From Tricharina praecox (Eukaryota), in assembly GCF_024521635.1 (NCBI RefSeq), contig NW_026250421.1:124001-188000 (forward strand): a stretch of 64,000 bases of DNA. The letters are read 5' to 3'. Every line of letters begins with the position of its first letter. Within the stretch, counting starts at the first letter, position 1. This document shows, piece by piece, positions 1 through 12,733 of this stretch. The notes beneath the pieces were generated by a model. The model was not told the origin of the DNA. It was given only the letters and a program-made list of their open reading frames with translations, and did no database searches. Both the position numbers and the translations under genes were made by a program.

Positions 1-543
1 CCGGTCCCGTCAGGCCAGCCCTGCTCGGCTCAGCCCAGCTTGTCCTCAATCCGTTCCGACACTTTTTTTTTTCCCCTTCTTTTTTTCCTTCGCTGTGGAG
101 CGGAGGAGGGAGGGGTGTGGAGGGGAAGAGTGGAGGGGATACAGTACGGTATGCGCGAGGGAGGGATCTAGACAGCTGTTGTCTTCTTCGATTTTTTTTT
201 GATTTTTTTTTGGTGGGCCATCTCGTTGTGGGCATCGAGAAAGAGCAGGCTGCGTATGTACTGCGTGCTGCAGTGCTGCAGGTTGCACTCTACGGTACCT
301 AGGGTGGAGCAGAGTACTATCTGTAGAGTAGGGACCTTCGATGAAGTGCGTTCAATGTACTCTACATCTACATTCTTGTTACCTACACATACATCCACAC
401 ACACACATGCACACACACATACATGAACGAAGGGATTGACTGACTGGGAGAAGTCCGCAAAGTAAGTACGGTACACTAACTACGGTACTCTACGACACAA
501 CACGACGACGTCGGCGTCCCATTGGCGGCTAACGACCGGGTTA

Positions 544-600
544 GCCCACTAGCCCTCTAGCCCACTAGCCCACTAGCCCACTAGCCCACTAGCCCACTAA
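544..600. repeat. Tandem repeat (CCCACTAG)n, about 7 copies
   Basis: Direct reading: cccactag ccctctag cccactag... with one variant unit. Confidence 0.9.
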
Positions 601-1867
601 CTAGCCAGAGACATACATCATCAGCATCAGCATCAGCAGCAGCAGCAGCATCAGCATCATCACCACCGACGACACCGACGACACCGACGACGACGACGAA
701 GAAGAACCCGCACGCACGCATGGTAAGTTGTAACCAACCCCCCCTCCAGGACTCGGAATGCGGGGAGCCGTAGTTAGCACCGGTAGCTACATACATACAT
801 ACAGCGCCTGAAGACTTACTTAGGCACATACATACATGGTTGGGTGGTTAGCGGAGACTCATTCACTCACTCACTTCCTCACCGCTCGCGCTCACCTCCC
901 CTCCTGCCCTCCCCATCCAACGCCCAAAGCCTGGCAGGCTCCCCCGATCGTATGTACCACTGCAAAGCCGCCAGCTATCGACGCTGGCGATCCCGATACT
1001 GGGTTGGCCTAGGTAGCTACCTAGCTGTCTACCTAGCTGTCTAGCCAGAGGAGCGCGATAATCCCGTATCTCTCCGGATCCGCTCCCGTCTTACTGTACA
1101 GTACAGTACATGCACAGGTGGGACCGAACGACCGACCGACGGGGTGGATGGGTGGGTGGGAGTGGAATGGAATGAATGGAAGGAACAGTATCAATTGTCT
1201 GGACGGACATATCACAGCTGGGACTACATAGAACTAGGACGAGGACTAGAACTAGAACTAGAACCGTGATCGCCTGCCACCCTCCCCGACACCCCCGACC
1301 CCCCGACCCCCCGTCACCCCCGGTAGCCACGGCCAGCAACCGCCAGCGAACAGACAGCAGATCGCAGCAGCAGCAGCAGTAGCAGTAGCAGCAGCAGCAG
1401 GCGCAGGGCAGGGCAGGCTGTGCTAGCTTCCCTCGTCTTCCCTCGTCCCTCCTCCCACCTGCTACCGCAACCTGCCTGCCAACCTGCCAACCTGCCACCT
1501 GCCACCTGCTATAGGCCACCGCAAACCTGCCTGCCTACCTGGCTGCCGCCGCCTGCCACAACAACCTGCTACCTACTACCTGCTTCCTGCTTCCCGGCCC
1601 TAGGGCAGTTAGTTAGTTAGCACCTCACCTATGCAAGCAGCAAGCAGTAGTGAACAAGTGTCCACGTTCGCGCCCCCCTCCCCCCCCCCCCGGAAAGACT
1701 GCTGCCACGCAGCGTGCGGATCATGCCCGCCATCAAGGCGTGGCACCTTGCTTGACTTCAGCTGCATTTGCCTCCCGGACTCCTAGACCAGGTTCCCAGG
1801 CTCACGGAGAGCTCTGAGCTGGCTGGATGGCTGGCTGGCTGGATGGGAGGGGCAACTGCCTGGGCTG

Positions 1868-2057
1868 GTTGTGGTTTGTGGTTTGTGGTTTGTGGTTTGT
1901 GGTTTGTGGTTTGTGGTTTGTGGTTTGTGGTTTGTGGTTTGTGGTTTGTGGTTTGTGGTTTGTGGTTTGTGGTTATGGTTTGTGGTTTGTGGTTTGTGGT
2001 TTGTGGTTTGTGGTTTGTGGTTATGGTTTGAGTTTGAGTTTGAGTTTGAGTTTGAGT
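1868..2057. repeat. Microsatellite (GTGGTTT)n, more than 20 copies, followed by (TTTGAG)n
   Basis: Direct reading. It generates the spurious WFVVCGL / HKPQTTN ORFs. Confidence 0.95.
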
Positions 2058-2094
2058 TCGAGGGTGGATCGCAAGATCTACCGCGGCGAGGTTC

Positions 2095-2141
2095 CGCGGG
2101 CGTGGCGGGCGTGGCGGGCGTGGCGGGCGTGGCGGGCGTGG
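2095..2141. repeat. Tandem repeat (GCGGGCGTG) x5
   Basis: Direct reading. Confidence 0.9.
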
Positions 2142-2525
2142 CCTGCCAGGCCTGGTGCTCGATCATATCACCACGATCATCACGATTTCAAACCGCGGAT
2201 TCAGTGGATTCAGTGGGTTCAATGGGCTCAGTAGGTTTCTGGCATGACATCTGTTGCATTGAGTGAGTTGAGTGAGGGAAATCGAAGTATTGCCCCACTG
2301 CACCGTCCGGCCGTCCGTTCGTCTGTCCACTGTCGATCCATCCATCCAGCCACTGTCTGTCGATCCATCCATTGTGCATTCCACATGCCGTACGACTGAG
2401 GCAATATCGGCGGTATATGGCGTTGGTAACGCTGCAATGCTGAAATGCTGTAACGCTGTAACGGAGTAACGGAGTACGTACATAGCAGTAACGTAACGTA
2501 ACGTATCACCGTGCCATCGTGCCAT

Positions 2526-2600
2526 CACCACGACCACCAGCACCACCACGACCACCACGACCACCACGACCACCACGACCAGGACTACGACCACGAGTCC
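2526..2600. repeat. Imperfect (CACCACGAC)n repeat
   Basis: Direct reading. Confidence 0.8.
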
Positions 2601-3083
2601 ACGACCGCGGCAGTTGAGATGATGAGGCAGCTAAGATGCTGAGGCACTGAAGCTGCACAGATCACTTGCTGTCGTCTGTAGCTGAGCGAAATACGCCCCT
2701 CCATCTCCATCCATCCATCCATCAAGGTAATTGTTGAACTTGAACTTGCAAACCGTCATTCCGGCGGCCGATTGACTTTCGAGTGCTGTCTGCTCACTCG
2801 CATTCGTCGTGATATACCCAAGCCACCACTTATTTACATATACCATACTATACTATAATATGCATCCATGCGCAAGTACCGTAACCACTGTAGAGTAGGT
2901 ACTTCAAACCCATCCAAAAATACTAATCACAACAAAATCAGAAACTCCCCCATTGGCCACCGTCACAGCCCATCATTCGATACGATTCGATTCGACGGTT
3001 CACCCGTTGGTACTCTTTAGTTAGTACTCTTTAGTAAGGTGTAAGGTGTAAGGTGTCCCGCTGCTGCGGCCGCCGTTGGTTCG

Positions 3084-3150
3084 AAGCACAAGCACAAGCA
3101 CAAGCACAAGCACAAGCACCGGCAGGCACAGGCACAAGTACAAGCACGAG
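3084..3150. repeat. (AAGCAC)n hexamer repeat
   Basis: Direct reading: aagcac x6 plus variants. Confidence 0.85.
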
Positions 3151-3970
3151 GTAGTCACTCTAAGAGTCTAAGGCAAGGTAACGACGGCTGCACCCGTGGC
3201 ACCCACCCACGCGCATCGGTCGGCCGTGTGCTTTAAGCTCGATCGGATGTATGTGCTAGAGTACCTGTCCGCTCTGTGGGGTAACTACGGCCGACCGTAG
3301 GTGGATGTAACCCAAAAACGCCTTGCACCACTACCACCACTACCACCACGAGGATGGATGCTTCCCATTTCCGTCACTTTCCCATTGGCCGCCAGGAGCC
3401 GAAGATTAGCGGGTTGCCTCCAAATCTCACACGAACGCTGTAATCACCATTGCACGGGACACTATCTGTACAGCACTGGAAACGAGCGTCGATTGATGGT
3501 TGCATCCTCCGTCCATACACCTCACGCAAAGAACGATGAAGTCCTGTTCCTTGGGAATGCAAACCGACACACCCTTTTCCCTCCTCTCCATCTTCCCCCT
3601 AACATCCCCGTACAACAAACTTCATGGTATCGTCGACACTCGCCATTGGTAAACCTTCATCTGAAATGCAAAGGAAAAAAAACATGGAAAAAAGAAAAGC
3701 AAAAAACCGAGGGTAAAAAAATGAGAAAAACAGTCAATCAGGACGCCTCCAGCCAAACTTCAAAGAAATGCAGCAGACAACCAACCGATACACGCCGAGA
3801 AGCATGGTCATTCCTCCAAGCCATGCCAAAGAAAAGCCCTCAACCTACAAGTAGTAAGGAAGGGGACAAAAGCAAATACATCATGAGGAAAAGAAAGGAA
3901 AAAAATGTAAACACCACAAGCCACTAATCCATCCCGTCAACCAGAGCTCCGCCAAATAGCTCCAACCTGT

Positions 3971-6139
3971 CTAGCAGATGAAACTTCCGTCCTTGCGGTA
4001 CTCGCGGCCACCGTAACTGTCACCCGGATCAGACGCGCTGCCACTAGAGGTCCTACCCGCATGGGGGAGCTGTCCGTAATCGTGTCCATTCGCAGTGCCC
4101 TCCGAATGAGCTTCCGAGATCGTGTCTCCGTCGTCTTCGTGGACAGTCTCCAACTTGGATGGGTCGGTAGCGGCGTTTCCGGGAGCCCTCCAACCGGCCG
4201 GCTTGTTTTCGTCGCCGATACCCTTCCAGTCCTGGGACCTGTCCCAGTTCTTTCTATTGGTGCTCGACGACGAGTGAGAATCGCGTGAATTCAGATGAAC
4301 ACCGCCATCACTACAACCACCATAAAGTTAGAACACGCTCACTCTGATGTGTAACCGCTACTAGTAAACTCACCCGTTGGAACTCATGGAGCTCTGACGC
4401 AACCATACACGGTTTCTAAAGTGCGGATTTTGTCCTCCATACGACATGTGCGACTGATTGTTGTAGTAAGACCCATTGACAACACTATTGTACTCGTTGG
4501 AGCGATACTGGCGCTTCTTCGTGGTAGTTGCCTTCAGGCGTTTCTGGGCGCTGGTGTCTGCGTAACGAACCTGCAGGGCGAGAGCCTCTTCTCCGACCGG
4601 CATGCCGTGGAAATTCTTGATGATCTCATTGCAGATCTCGCGTGATTCGAATCTGTAACCTCATCAGACCAACGACACCATGGGAAGCTACGGATCGGAG
4701 ACAGACCTAGCAAATCCGACACCGCGGCTAACTCCGTGGCTGTCCCTGAGTATCCTGTTGGAGATCACAACATAGCCGGCAAAGATGTCTTGCATGTCCT
4801 GGATCCGGAGCATCAGTAACCGAAACCAGTCAAAGAGTTACTCGTGGAGCTCTCACCTTCTCAGTCATGCTGCGTGGGAGGTTGGAGACATAGATATTCG
4901 TCGAGTTTGGATCCGCCAGAGTCTTGAGACGAGCATTGAAGGATTCCTTGTTTGGCGTACAGTCAGTCATAGAAGCTCTGGCGAAGCGAAAGGATATTCA
5001 AGGAAAACCAATAGCTTACACGAGCAAAGCCAGCCTCGTACTTCTGACCAACAAGGCCACGAATGCAGTTCTCGGCCTCTTGCATGGACGCGTAACGAGC
5101 GAATCCATACCTTTGGTCAGAAGTTAGCACTATATTCACTTTCGGGGGTTAAGAGAGAGATATACCCCTTGCAGGTACCATGCTCCGTGTCCATGATGGC
5201 CTTATGCGAGACCACAGCACCGAACCTGCATGTCATCTCGTAGAGCTTGTCATCGTCCGTGTCCGGGGGAAGACCACGGATGTAGACGTTGGTGGTGTTG
5301 GTAGGGTTGTCCAGAGGGTTAGAGATGATCGGAGCACCAGGTGGGTAGCTGGCGGGGACGGGGCGGGGGAGCGGAGGCCCATTAAGGACAAGCGTCTCGA
5401 TGGCCTTTCCGATGTCTTTGGTGCGGTCGTCGACGGCTCCGGCATCACCCACAATGGCAGGGACCGGATCAACCGTCACCGGGAAAGGCGTGGTAGGAGT
5501 GTCGGTGGCTCCAGAGGATGACCACGAGTTGCGCCTATGATCCAAACCGGGAACACGATGGTTGTTGAGATTGTTGCCATGGTTGTTGTTGCCATGGTTG
5601 TTGCCGCCGTGGTTGTTGTTGCCATGGTGCGTATGATTGTGGTTGTTATGGTAAGTGGCTAGGGTCGAATTATACTCATGGCCTTGGGCCAACACGGGAT
5701 AGCCGTACGGCACTTGTGACTGCGGAGGCGACGACGGCGGAGATGTGTATCCCTGATGAGGGTAAAGATGGTGCACTGGAGCTTGTACACCGGGCCAGAC
5801 ACCGTTCGGACCCTGATAGTAGTAATACGGATGTTGTTGCTGGTCATGAAGGCCTCCAGTGTATGGCTGCATGAATCCCGGATTCGGTCCGTAGTACTGT
5901 CCATTGGGGATGTTCATATGGGCAGGGTACTGGACGCCACTTCCGTTTGCAACAACCACCGATCCGTAAGGATGATGTTGAGTATTCCCTGCACCCTGAA
6001 TATGGCCCTGAATGTGACGGTAGGTATTCTTGTTGTGATAGACAGGTCCAGAAACAATGCCGGCGGGCTGTCCATGGAAGGTCTCGGGGGAACTACCGGA
6101 CGAAACGGAATTCGGGGACTGGTTGATATTGGTCGTCAT
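3971..6139 (-). CDS. Two-RRM RNA-binding protein, MSSP/RBMS-like (Spo5/Rim4-related); 6 coding exons
   Basis: RRM1 has RNP2 TNVYIRGLP and RNP1 CKG|YGFARY across an intron. RRM2 has TNIYVSNLP...SRGVGFAR|FES, followed by LQVRYADT. The N-terminus is Q/H/Y/N/G-rich and low-complexity. Five GT-AG introns with branch sites restore one frame to the TAG at 3971. Confidence 0.88.
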
Positions 6140-6609
6140 GACGGCTTTTGTTTATGGATACTACATCCTTTCTATCAGCACTCGAAACAAAAACGGACTT
6201 CCAAGCCTAAACGGGGTAGTGGGGTGTGGGGGAGTAGCGGTGGGGGTGTACTCACTTACTATCAGGTACCGGTAACGACTAGAAATGTGATCTGAAAGAG
6301 TCTGAGGAAGACTCCTGCAGCGAGCAGCAATGGAAGTGGGAAGGGCCACTCCTTCTACTGAATGCCCGAGCGAAAAAATACGCAGCTGTGATTGGACCGG
6401 TGTTGAAGGCCAACAGCCGGAGGACAAGGGATCAAGGGCGAATCAGTGTGGCGGTGGGTCTCAACCCAAGACTCGTCAGGAGATTAGGAATCGAATGCAG
6501 AATGGGATGGATGCAGATGAGACGGGGGGGTGAGTGGGTTGAATGAGGGATGAGATGGGATGAGGTGTGGAGGGGAAGAAGAGGATGGGGTGGAATGAAT
6601 GGGGGATGA

Positions 6610-6695
6610 GAGGACGAATGAGGGATGCGAGGATGAATGAGGGATGCGAGGATGAATGAGGGATGCGAGGATGAATGAGGGATGCGAGGATGAAG
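6610..6695. repeat. 19-bp tandem repeat (GATGAATGAGGGATGCGAG) x4 in the upstream region of the RRM gene
   Basis: Direct reading. Confidence 0.9.
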
Positions 6696-6943
6696 AAGAA
6701 AGAAGGGATGAAAGAAAGAGAAGTGAGAAGAAGAAGAAGAGAGGGGGGGAGGGAAGGAAGGAGGGAGAGAGGGAGGGAGAGAGAGAGAGAGGTAGCCGGG
6801 GGTGGGCCACAAGTTATAGGTTGCTACGGAGCCGTGTTGTTCAACGGTGAGCGAATGTCGCCGTTGGTTGGATGAGGTGTGGCTCAGATGAGAAGGCTGG
6901 ATAGGGCCGAGGTGGCAGCACGAATGGGCATGCGAAGTGTTGT

Positions 6944-6977
<34 letters not shown>

Positions 6978-7782
6978 GTTGCGGTTGCGGGAGGGGATAT
7001 TCTGCTGTGGAATCCGATCGAAGCTGCTATTCTGCTATTCTGCTTGCTTGCTTGCTCGATAGAATGGAATGGAGAGCGGAAAACTACACTTGCGAGTCCG
7101 CTTGCTTTTCTCCAGTATTCTCATTCTTCATCTCTCTTCTTCTTCTGCTTCTTCTTCTTCTTCTTCACTTTGTCTTCCCGTTTCCCCTGCTTGGCAGCTG
7201 TCGAGTGGATGAAGTGCTAGTATCAAGCAGCTCGACAGTGGGGGAGAGAGATCAATATACACCTCCGGGATGGAACGAAACGAAACGAAGCATTCCTCCG
7301 CTCGTCCTCCTGCTTCCCTTCGGCGCTATCCGATCAACAGTCCAAATAAAAGTAAGAATAAGAATAAGAATAACACCGACTTTTGGTGCCGCTAGGGGAG
7401 GGAGATCATCTAGTACTAGAGTGTATGGAGACTCCGACGAACGGCAGCCTGCGGATCCCCCCACTGTTGCGCGGTAACTTTCTGCCGACATGGAATAAAG
7501 AACGAAGGTTAAGCTTGCAGCATACAGGGGAAACGAGTGGCCGGACGCTGAGCAAACAGCGTGGAAACCAGCACTCTTCAAGAAAGTCTGCACTCGGGCT
7601 GCGAACATGGGGAGACTCTCGACGGACATGCACCTCCAAGTGCACCGGGCAGAGCGGTATAAAAACGTGAGGGAGACTCCGCTCCGGAACATGTGCGAGC
7701 GAATGGGGAAAAAAACAAGACGAATGATGACGGTTGTTTTCATTGTTCTGATTTTGATTTTCATTTTCTGATGAAAACAATG

Positions 7783-7947
7783 AAAAATAACAAAAATAAC
7801 AAAAATAACAAAAATAACAAAAAATAACAAAAAATAACAAAAATAACAAAAAATAACAAAAAATAACAAAAATAACAAAAATAACAAAAATAACAAAAAT
7901 AACAAAAATAATAAAAATAACAAAAATAACAATAAAATAAAATAAAA
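7783..7947. repeat. AT-rich minisatellite (AAAAATAAC)n
   Basis: Direct reading: 9-10 nt units with A-run length variants. Confidence 0.95.
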
Positions 7948-8380
7948 TGGGGAAAATGGAAAATAATGAAAATGGAAACAACGTCAACTTCAACATCAAC
8001 GAACCCGAACAGAAAAACAGGGAAAATCGAAAAGATGGCGCAAAACAGATTCTCGTCCGCCTTCATTCGTCCATCGAACCAACCTTGCCTGCCTGCCCGC
8101 CTGCCATGCTCGCCAATCAGCTGCCACGCAGTCTACACAACCGTGAGGTCCGTCTCTATTCGCATCGGCGGGTGTGCACGGGATGGGGGTTGGCCCCGTA
8201 GATGCAGGTCCCGAACAGAGATGATCTTCCAGCAGATGATGCTGCCCAGCGTTTCCTTTCCGCCTCATTCTCGAACCTCCCCCGCCTCACTACTCTCCCC
8301 ATCTTGTCCTCTGCCGACCATTTACTCTCGCCGAGTCTCTGGACGGGGCTGTTGGAAGCCGCAATTCGAAACCTCTACGC

Positions 8381-8456
8381 AAGAAGCAAACCTCGTCATA
8401 AGAAGCAAACCTCGTCATAAGAAGCAAACCTCGTCATAAGAAGCAAACCTCGTCGT
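8381..8456. repeat. 19-bp tandem repeat (AAGAAGCAAACCTCGTCAT) x4
   Basis: Direct reading. Confidence 0.92.
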
Positions 8457-11400
8457 ACCGAGCCTTCAGGATTGACATCGAGCCATCAAGAATGGCAAGT
8501 CCCCAGACAAATCCTCCTCCTCATTCCCCTCCTCCTCTACCCCAGCTCCACGGCTAGCGCCGCTGAACCTTCGCACAGGACGTCCAGCGTTCCCGAAAAC
8601 TGGCTGGCGGTAATCTACGCAGACTGTGGAGAAGTAGACCAGTGTGCTCGGGCCGCTCGCTAGCTCGTAAAGTGACACATCCCGACCAGCTTCTCAGCTC
8701 CCTGTTTCAACCTTCGCATTGGCCCGTTCTGACTTGCTTCGAGAAGGGATGGAGACGTAGCGCTGACCGAGGCGGCGGTGGCGGCAATCCCACTAGTACG
8801 CTGCACTCCCGCCATTCGGACACCTCCTATCGTGAGATATCGGAATATCTCCATCGTCGCCTGTTCACTTGCTCGCAATTCTCCGGCCTCTAATTCTCCG
8901 CGGGGGGAGCCGTCGTTGTCGCCACCGCCTCTCACCGGATGTCGGCAAACCTGCTGCGGTTGTCGTGCGGGAAGGAGGGAGGTGGCTTCGGTATCCCAAC
9001 CGCTGCCCCACCGCTGCCCCACGGCTGTGTGGGTTATGATGCGCTAGATGACTTCAAGAGTTGTTAGAGACACGCTGTTGAGGTAGACGAGTGCCTCTTA
9101 GTGCGAACCTAGTATGTAAGAGTGCTGCACCTTCAAATCTAGGGCTTGCGAATTACAATCTTCCATTCGCCTGACTTTGGTGGCGGCTCTACCCTAGCTG
9201 TCCCGCTGTTTCACCGCATCAACTACATCTCATAGCTGGGAGGTGCAGAATCATAGGTACCTTTCTTCCTTACGAACCATACAGTGATCCCCAATGCCAG
9301 ACTTCTAGGTAATCCAGGCTCCACTCTACATGCGGCCCTGACACGGATCGGCAGCATCGTCAGCAGCTCAAGCACGTTATATTTATGTCCCATCTGTTTG
9401 CCGCGTCATACATATTAGTACTGCAGTGCGCGCATCTTCCACATTGCTTTCCCCCCCATCGACGAAGTGTGGTGGTGGGCATCATCTACATGGTTGAGTC
9501 CGGCCGTTACACGGCTACCGCCGCGGTCTGCACGCCACAGGCTTAGGTCTTGTGACCATCTCGACGTCTAGCAGAAATGCAGAAGCTCCCGGGAGGGCTC
9601 TTTTTTTGTTTCTTTTCGTCGTCGTTTTGGGCTCGATCCTAAGGAATGATATCCAAGGTAACTCCCCTGATTCGTCACAGCGTAGTGAGCATAGAGATAA
9701 TTGTGATGCAGGCACGAACCGGCCGACGCATGAAACCAACATCCTGCGCGGCCATCGATAACTAACTATCGCCAACCACGAAAAGTGCACTGCATGTTTG
9801 AAATTCCACGGATGACATCTCCGAAATAATACTGACTGCCTATCAGTTGTCCCAGCGGCCCGAAGTCCAACGTCGAACACACAAACGCCAAACATCGTCA
9901 TGCACGGTCACTCATCCCATCGACCGATCCTCCCCCCACCCCCGGCAACATGCAAGTTTGCGCAGCGCTCCTTACGCGAGCTTTTTGTATGTATTTTCCA
10001 TCTACATACGCCTGCAACACGTTTTCCCTCTTTCTTTGTCCACGGAACGTGACAGCAGTTTGCCTGTCGAAGAAGGCTTTGAAGTTTGAAGTGTCACATC
10101 ACATTCTCCGCTCAATCAATCTTGTACACTCACTTCCGTGCGCCAGAAGAATCGTCGGACTGGAGTATGTATGATATACAGTAAATACATATTCCATCGA
10201 CATCGACCATAGCCGAACCCTCGGAAACGTAAAACAGCATCCATCCTCCCATGGTCCCATGGTTGGTTGGACAGAGTCCAGGAACCGGACTGCCGGGAAG
10301 AGGTGGGGTGCGATGGTGTTCAGACCTCCTTGTGGAGTTGGTTGAGGTGAATTTAGACGAGGGGATGGGGAGGGGGGTGGTGGGAACGTGGGGGGTTCGG
10401 TAAGTACTCTACTATACACAGTCATACGCTGCCTGGCTGCTATACTCGCGGCGAATATAGTAAATCTCGTCTCGTTTACGACACGACAGAAGCATCAAAT
10501 TTCTGTTCTCGTTGTGCTTGTGCTTGTGCTCCGAAAAGCGGTTTGCCCGTACGCGTACTCTAGAGTAGAGTACATACCCGCCCGGCCGGCCCGACGCCAC
10601 GCGGAGGAAGGAAGAAAGCCTCATCCACCGGCGCCGGCCCCACCTGCACATACTCTATGCACACAGAGAGAACTCTGTGGCGTTTGTTTTGTCTGAGGCA
10701 AACTGCTGCTGCTGCTGCTGCTGCCCACATGAACTTGTGCCAAGGTAAATCATCTATGTATGATGGTGAAGAACATGTTGCTGATTGGACAGGCTGGATC
10801 TAGGTTCTCGGATCATGTTGCTAAAATAAAAACGTGGGCGGGCCGTGCGCGCTGCGCATAAGCAACTCTTTACATACGCTCCAAGATATCTGCCGAATGA
10901 TATGTGAGAAGTCCATGGCTCACCGCTACATACCTTGGGTAGATAGCCGCCCATTTGCATGCGCAAGTACATACTCTACCAGTACTAGGTATGGGGGTAA
11001 TTTGCCTCCAAATCCAATATTACCATTACCATTACCATTACATACAGTGGCGGAGGCGGTGGATTCCAAAGGGCGGCGGTGGATTCCAAAAGGCCGCGGA
11101 GGTGCAATACATAGCAGAGTTTCCAAGCTGCACCTGAGTCCCGACAAAAGGGCACAGGGCGAGAATACTCTACATGTACTACATATAGAACGATGGAGTT
11201 GGAACTTGGGCATCCAATCAGCCGTCGCTGATCTGCGCGTTTGTCGATCTACATATGTGTGTACGCACCTAAGTTTTTGGCGCCCTAAACATGGTACCAA
11301 CAAGAGTGATGATCTGTGATGGGGGTAAGTGGTTGACCGTATGTAGAGTATGCGAGCATGGTGTTGGGCGGTGAGCGGTGAGGCGGAATAGTGGTTGGTG

Positions 11401-12733
11401 GGCGGTTAAAGGAAGATATTCCGTAATAGCTAGATAACTGCAACGGAGGCTCGCCGAATAATATCTATTCGAGCTGGCTATTCAAGTCGTATGCGGCTTG
11501 AGTAGTATGGAGTCCTGGAGTTAGGACATCAATATCGTACTTTAGTCCTGCACAGAACTGTGTTTGAGTAAACTTTCAAGGTGATAAGTTACCAAAACTC
11601 CAGCCGTGATCCGTCCTATGTACCTACATCAAAGCCAATAGATACGCTGGAATCCCGTCGAGTATGAGTCAAGCCTACATACCTGCCCGGAGCTGTCCCC
11701 AGAAGTCGCCGAACCCGTGGAGTCCCAGGTCAGCGGGGGTGGATCAAAGTAGGTCCTATGTACGCAGAGACTCTATTCGACGAAAGACGTTCCCTGCGGT
11801 GCTGGGAATCAGGGATAGCTTTCGTCCCTATCTCCGACGACCTCTGGCTGTGAAAAGTCCGGGGGGAACGTATGGGGAGATTTCCGTTAAACCTGGGTTC
11901 AACCAGCCACCTACTTTGTACCCAGAGGTTGGGTCGAACCTGAGTGATATTCCATGTACCGCTGCCTACCTGCGATAACTGCCACGCTCGTTGCGAGCGG
12001 TGAGCTCCGGAGGGCGAGTAAATAGTAGAGATTGGTGCGATAGGTGTCGATAAGCCTTGGAACTCTTTGGGGTAGGGAGTATGTATGCGCGATTGGGATA
12101 ATGTATCACTCGGGCTTGGAACGGTCTTGGATAAATGGCTGCTTTTTCTTTCAAGGACTTCTGCATTGAGGATAGAGCAGACGCTTAAGGATAAGCTCTC
12201 TCTGGGAAGATACCCATTCACGTTATGTACGATGTTTGGTTCACCCCGAATAAAGGCTGAGAGAGAGAACATCAATTTGTTGTCTCATACGACCTGGCCT
12301 GTCTAGACTATGGCGACGCCTTATCCAGCCTTTCCCACCAGCTGGCCTTGCAGAGGTCTGGATGAAGACCCCGCTATCTACTTTACAGTTCGTTGCTGTG
12401 CCTGGCTTCACTTTGTCCTTTGAGACATGAGAAGTCACCCCGCCAGCCGAGTGAGATTACGTGCGACGATCTACGACCGTGGTATGCGTACACTTAAGCC
12501 TTATACAATCAAAGTGAATGGTATGCTCACTACACCCGGACAATACATTTCTCTCCCCATCTTTTCCGGCGGGCTCATCACTGCTGTTATCACTGCATAC
12601 ATATACACTTACGCTCTGCCAGTGCCACAAGCATCATAACTTTACGCGCACGCGTCTTGTGTCACCCGTGACCCACAAGGTACCATGTACGGTAGTTACC
12701 GCGGTTAACCCTCGTGCAACGAGCTCACGCACG

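Noticed and set aside
544..2057. Telomere-like G-rich repeats suggesting a chromosome end
   Set aside because: The units (TGGGCTAG, GTGGTTT) are not TTAGGG, are short and internal, and differ from one another.
46..3927. Many short ORFs (WFVVCGL, poly-V, poly-L and similar)
   Set aside because: They are translations of microsatellites or UTR sequence with no domain signal.
6610..8456. 19-bp direct repeats as a CRISPR-like array
   Set aside because: They are head-to-tail tandem copies with no spacers and no cas genes, in a eukaryotic context.
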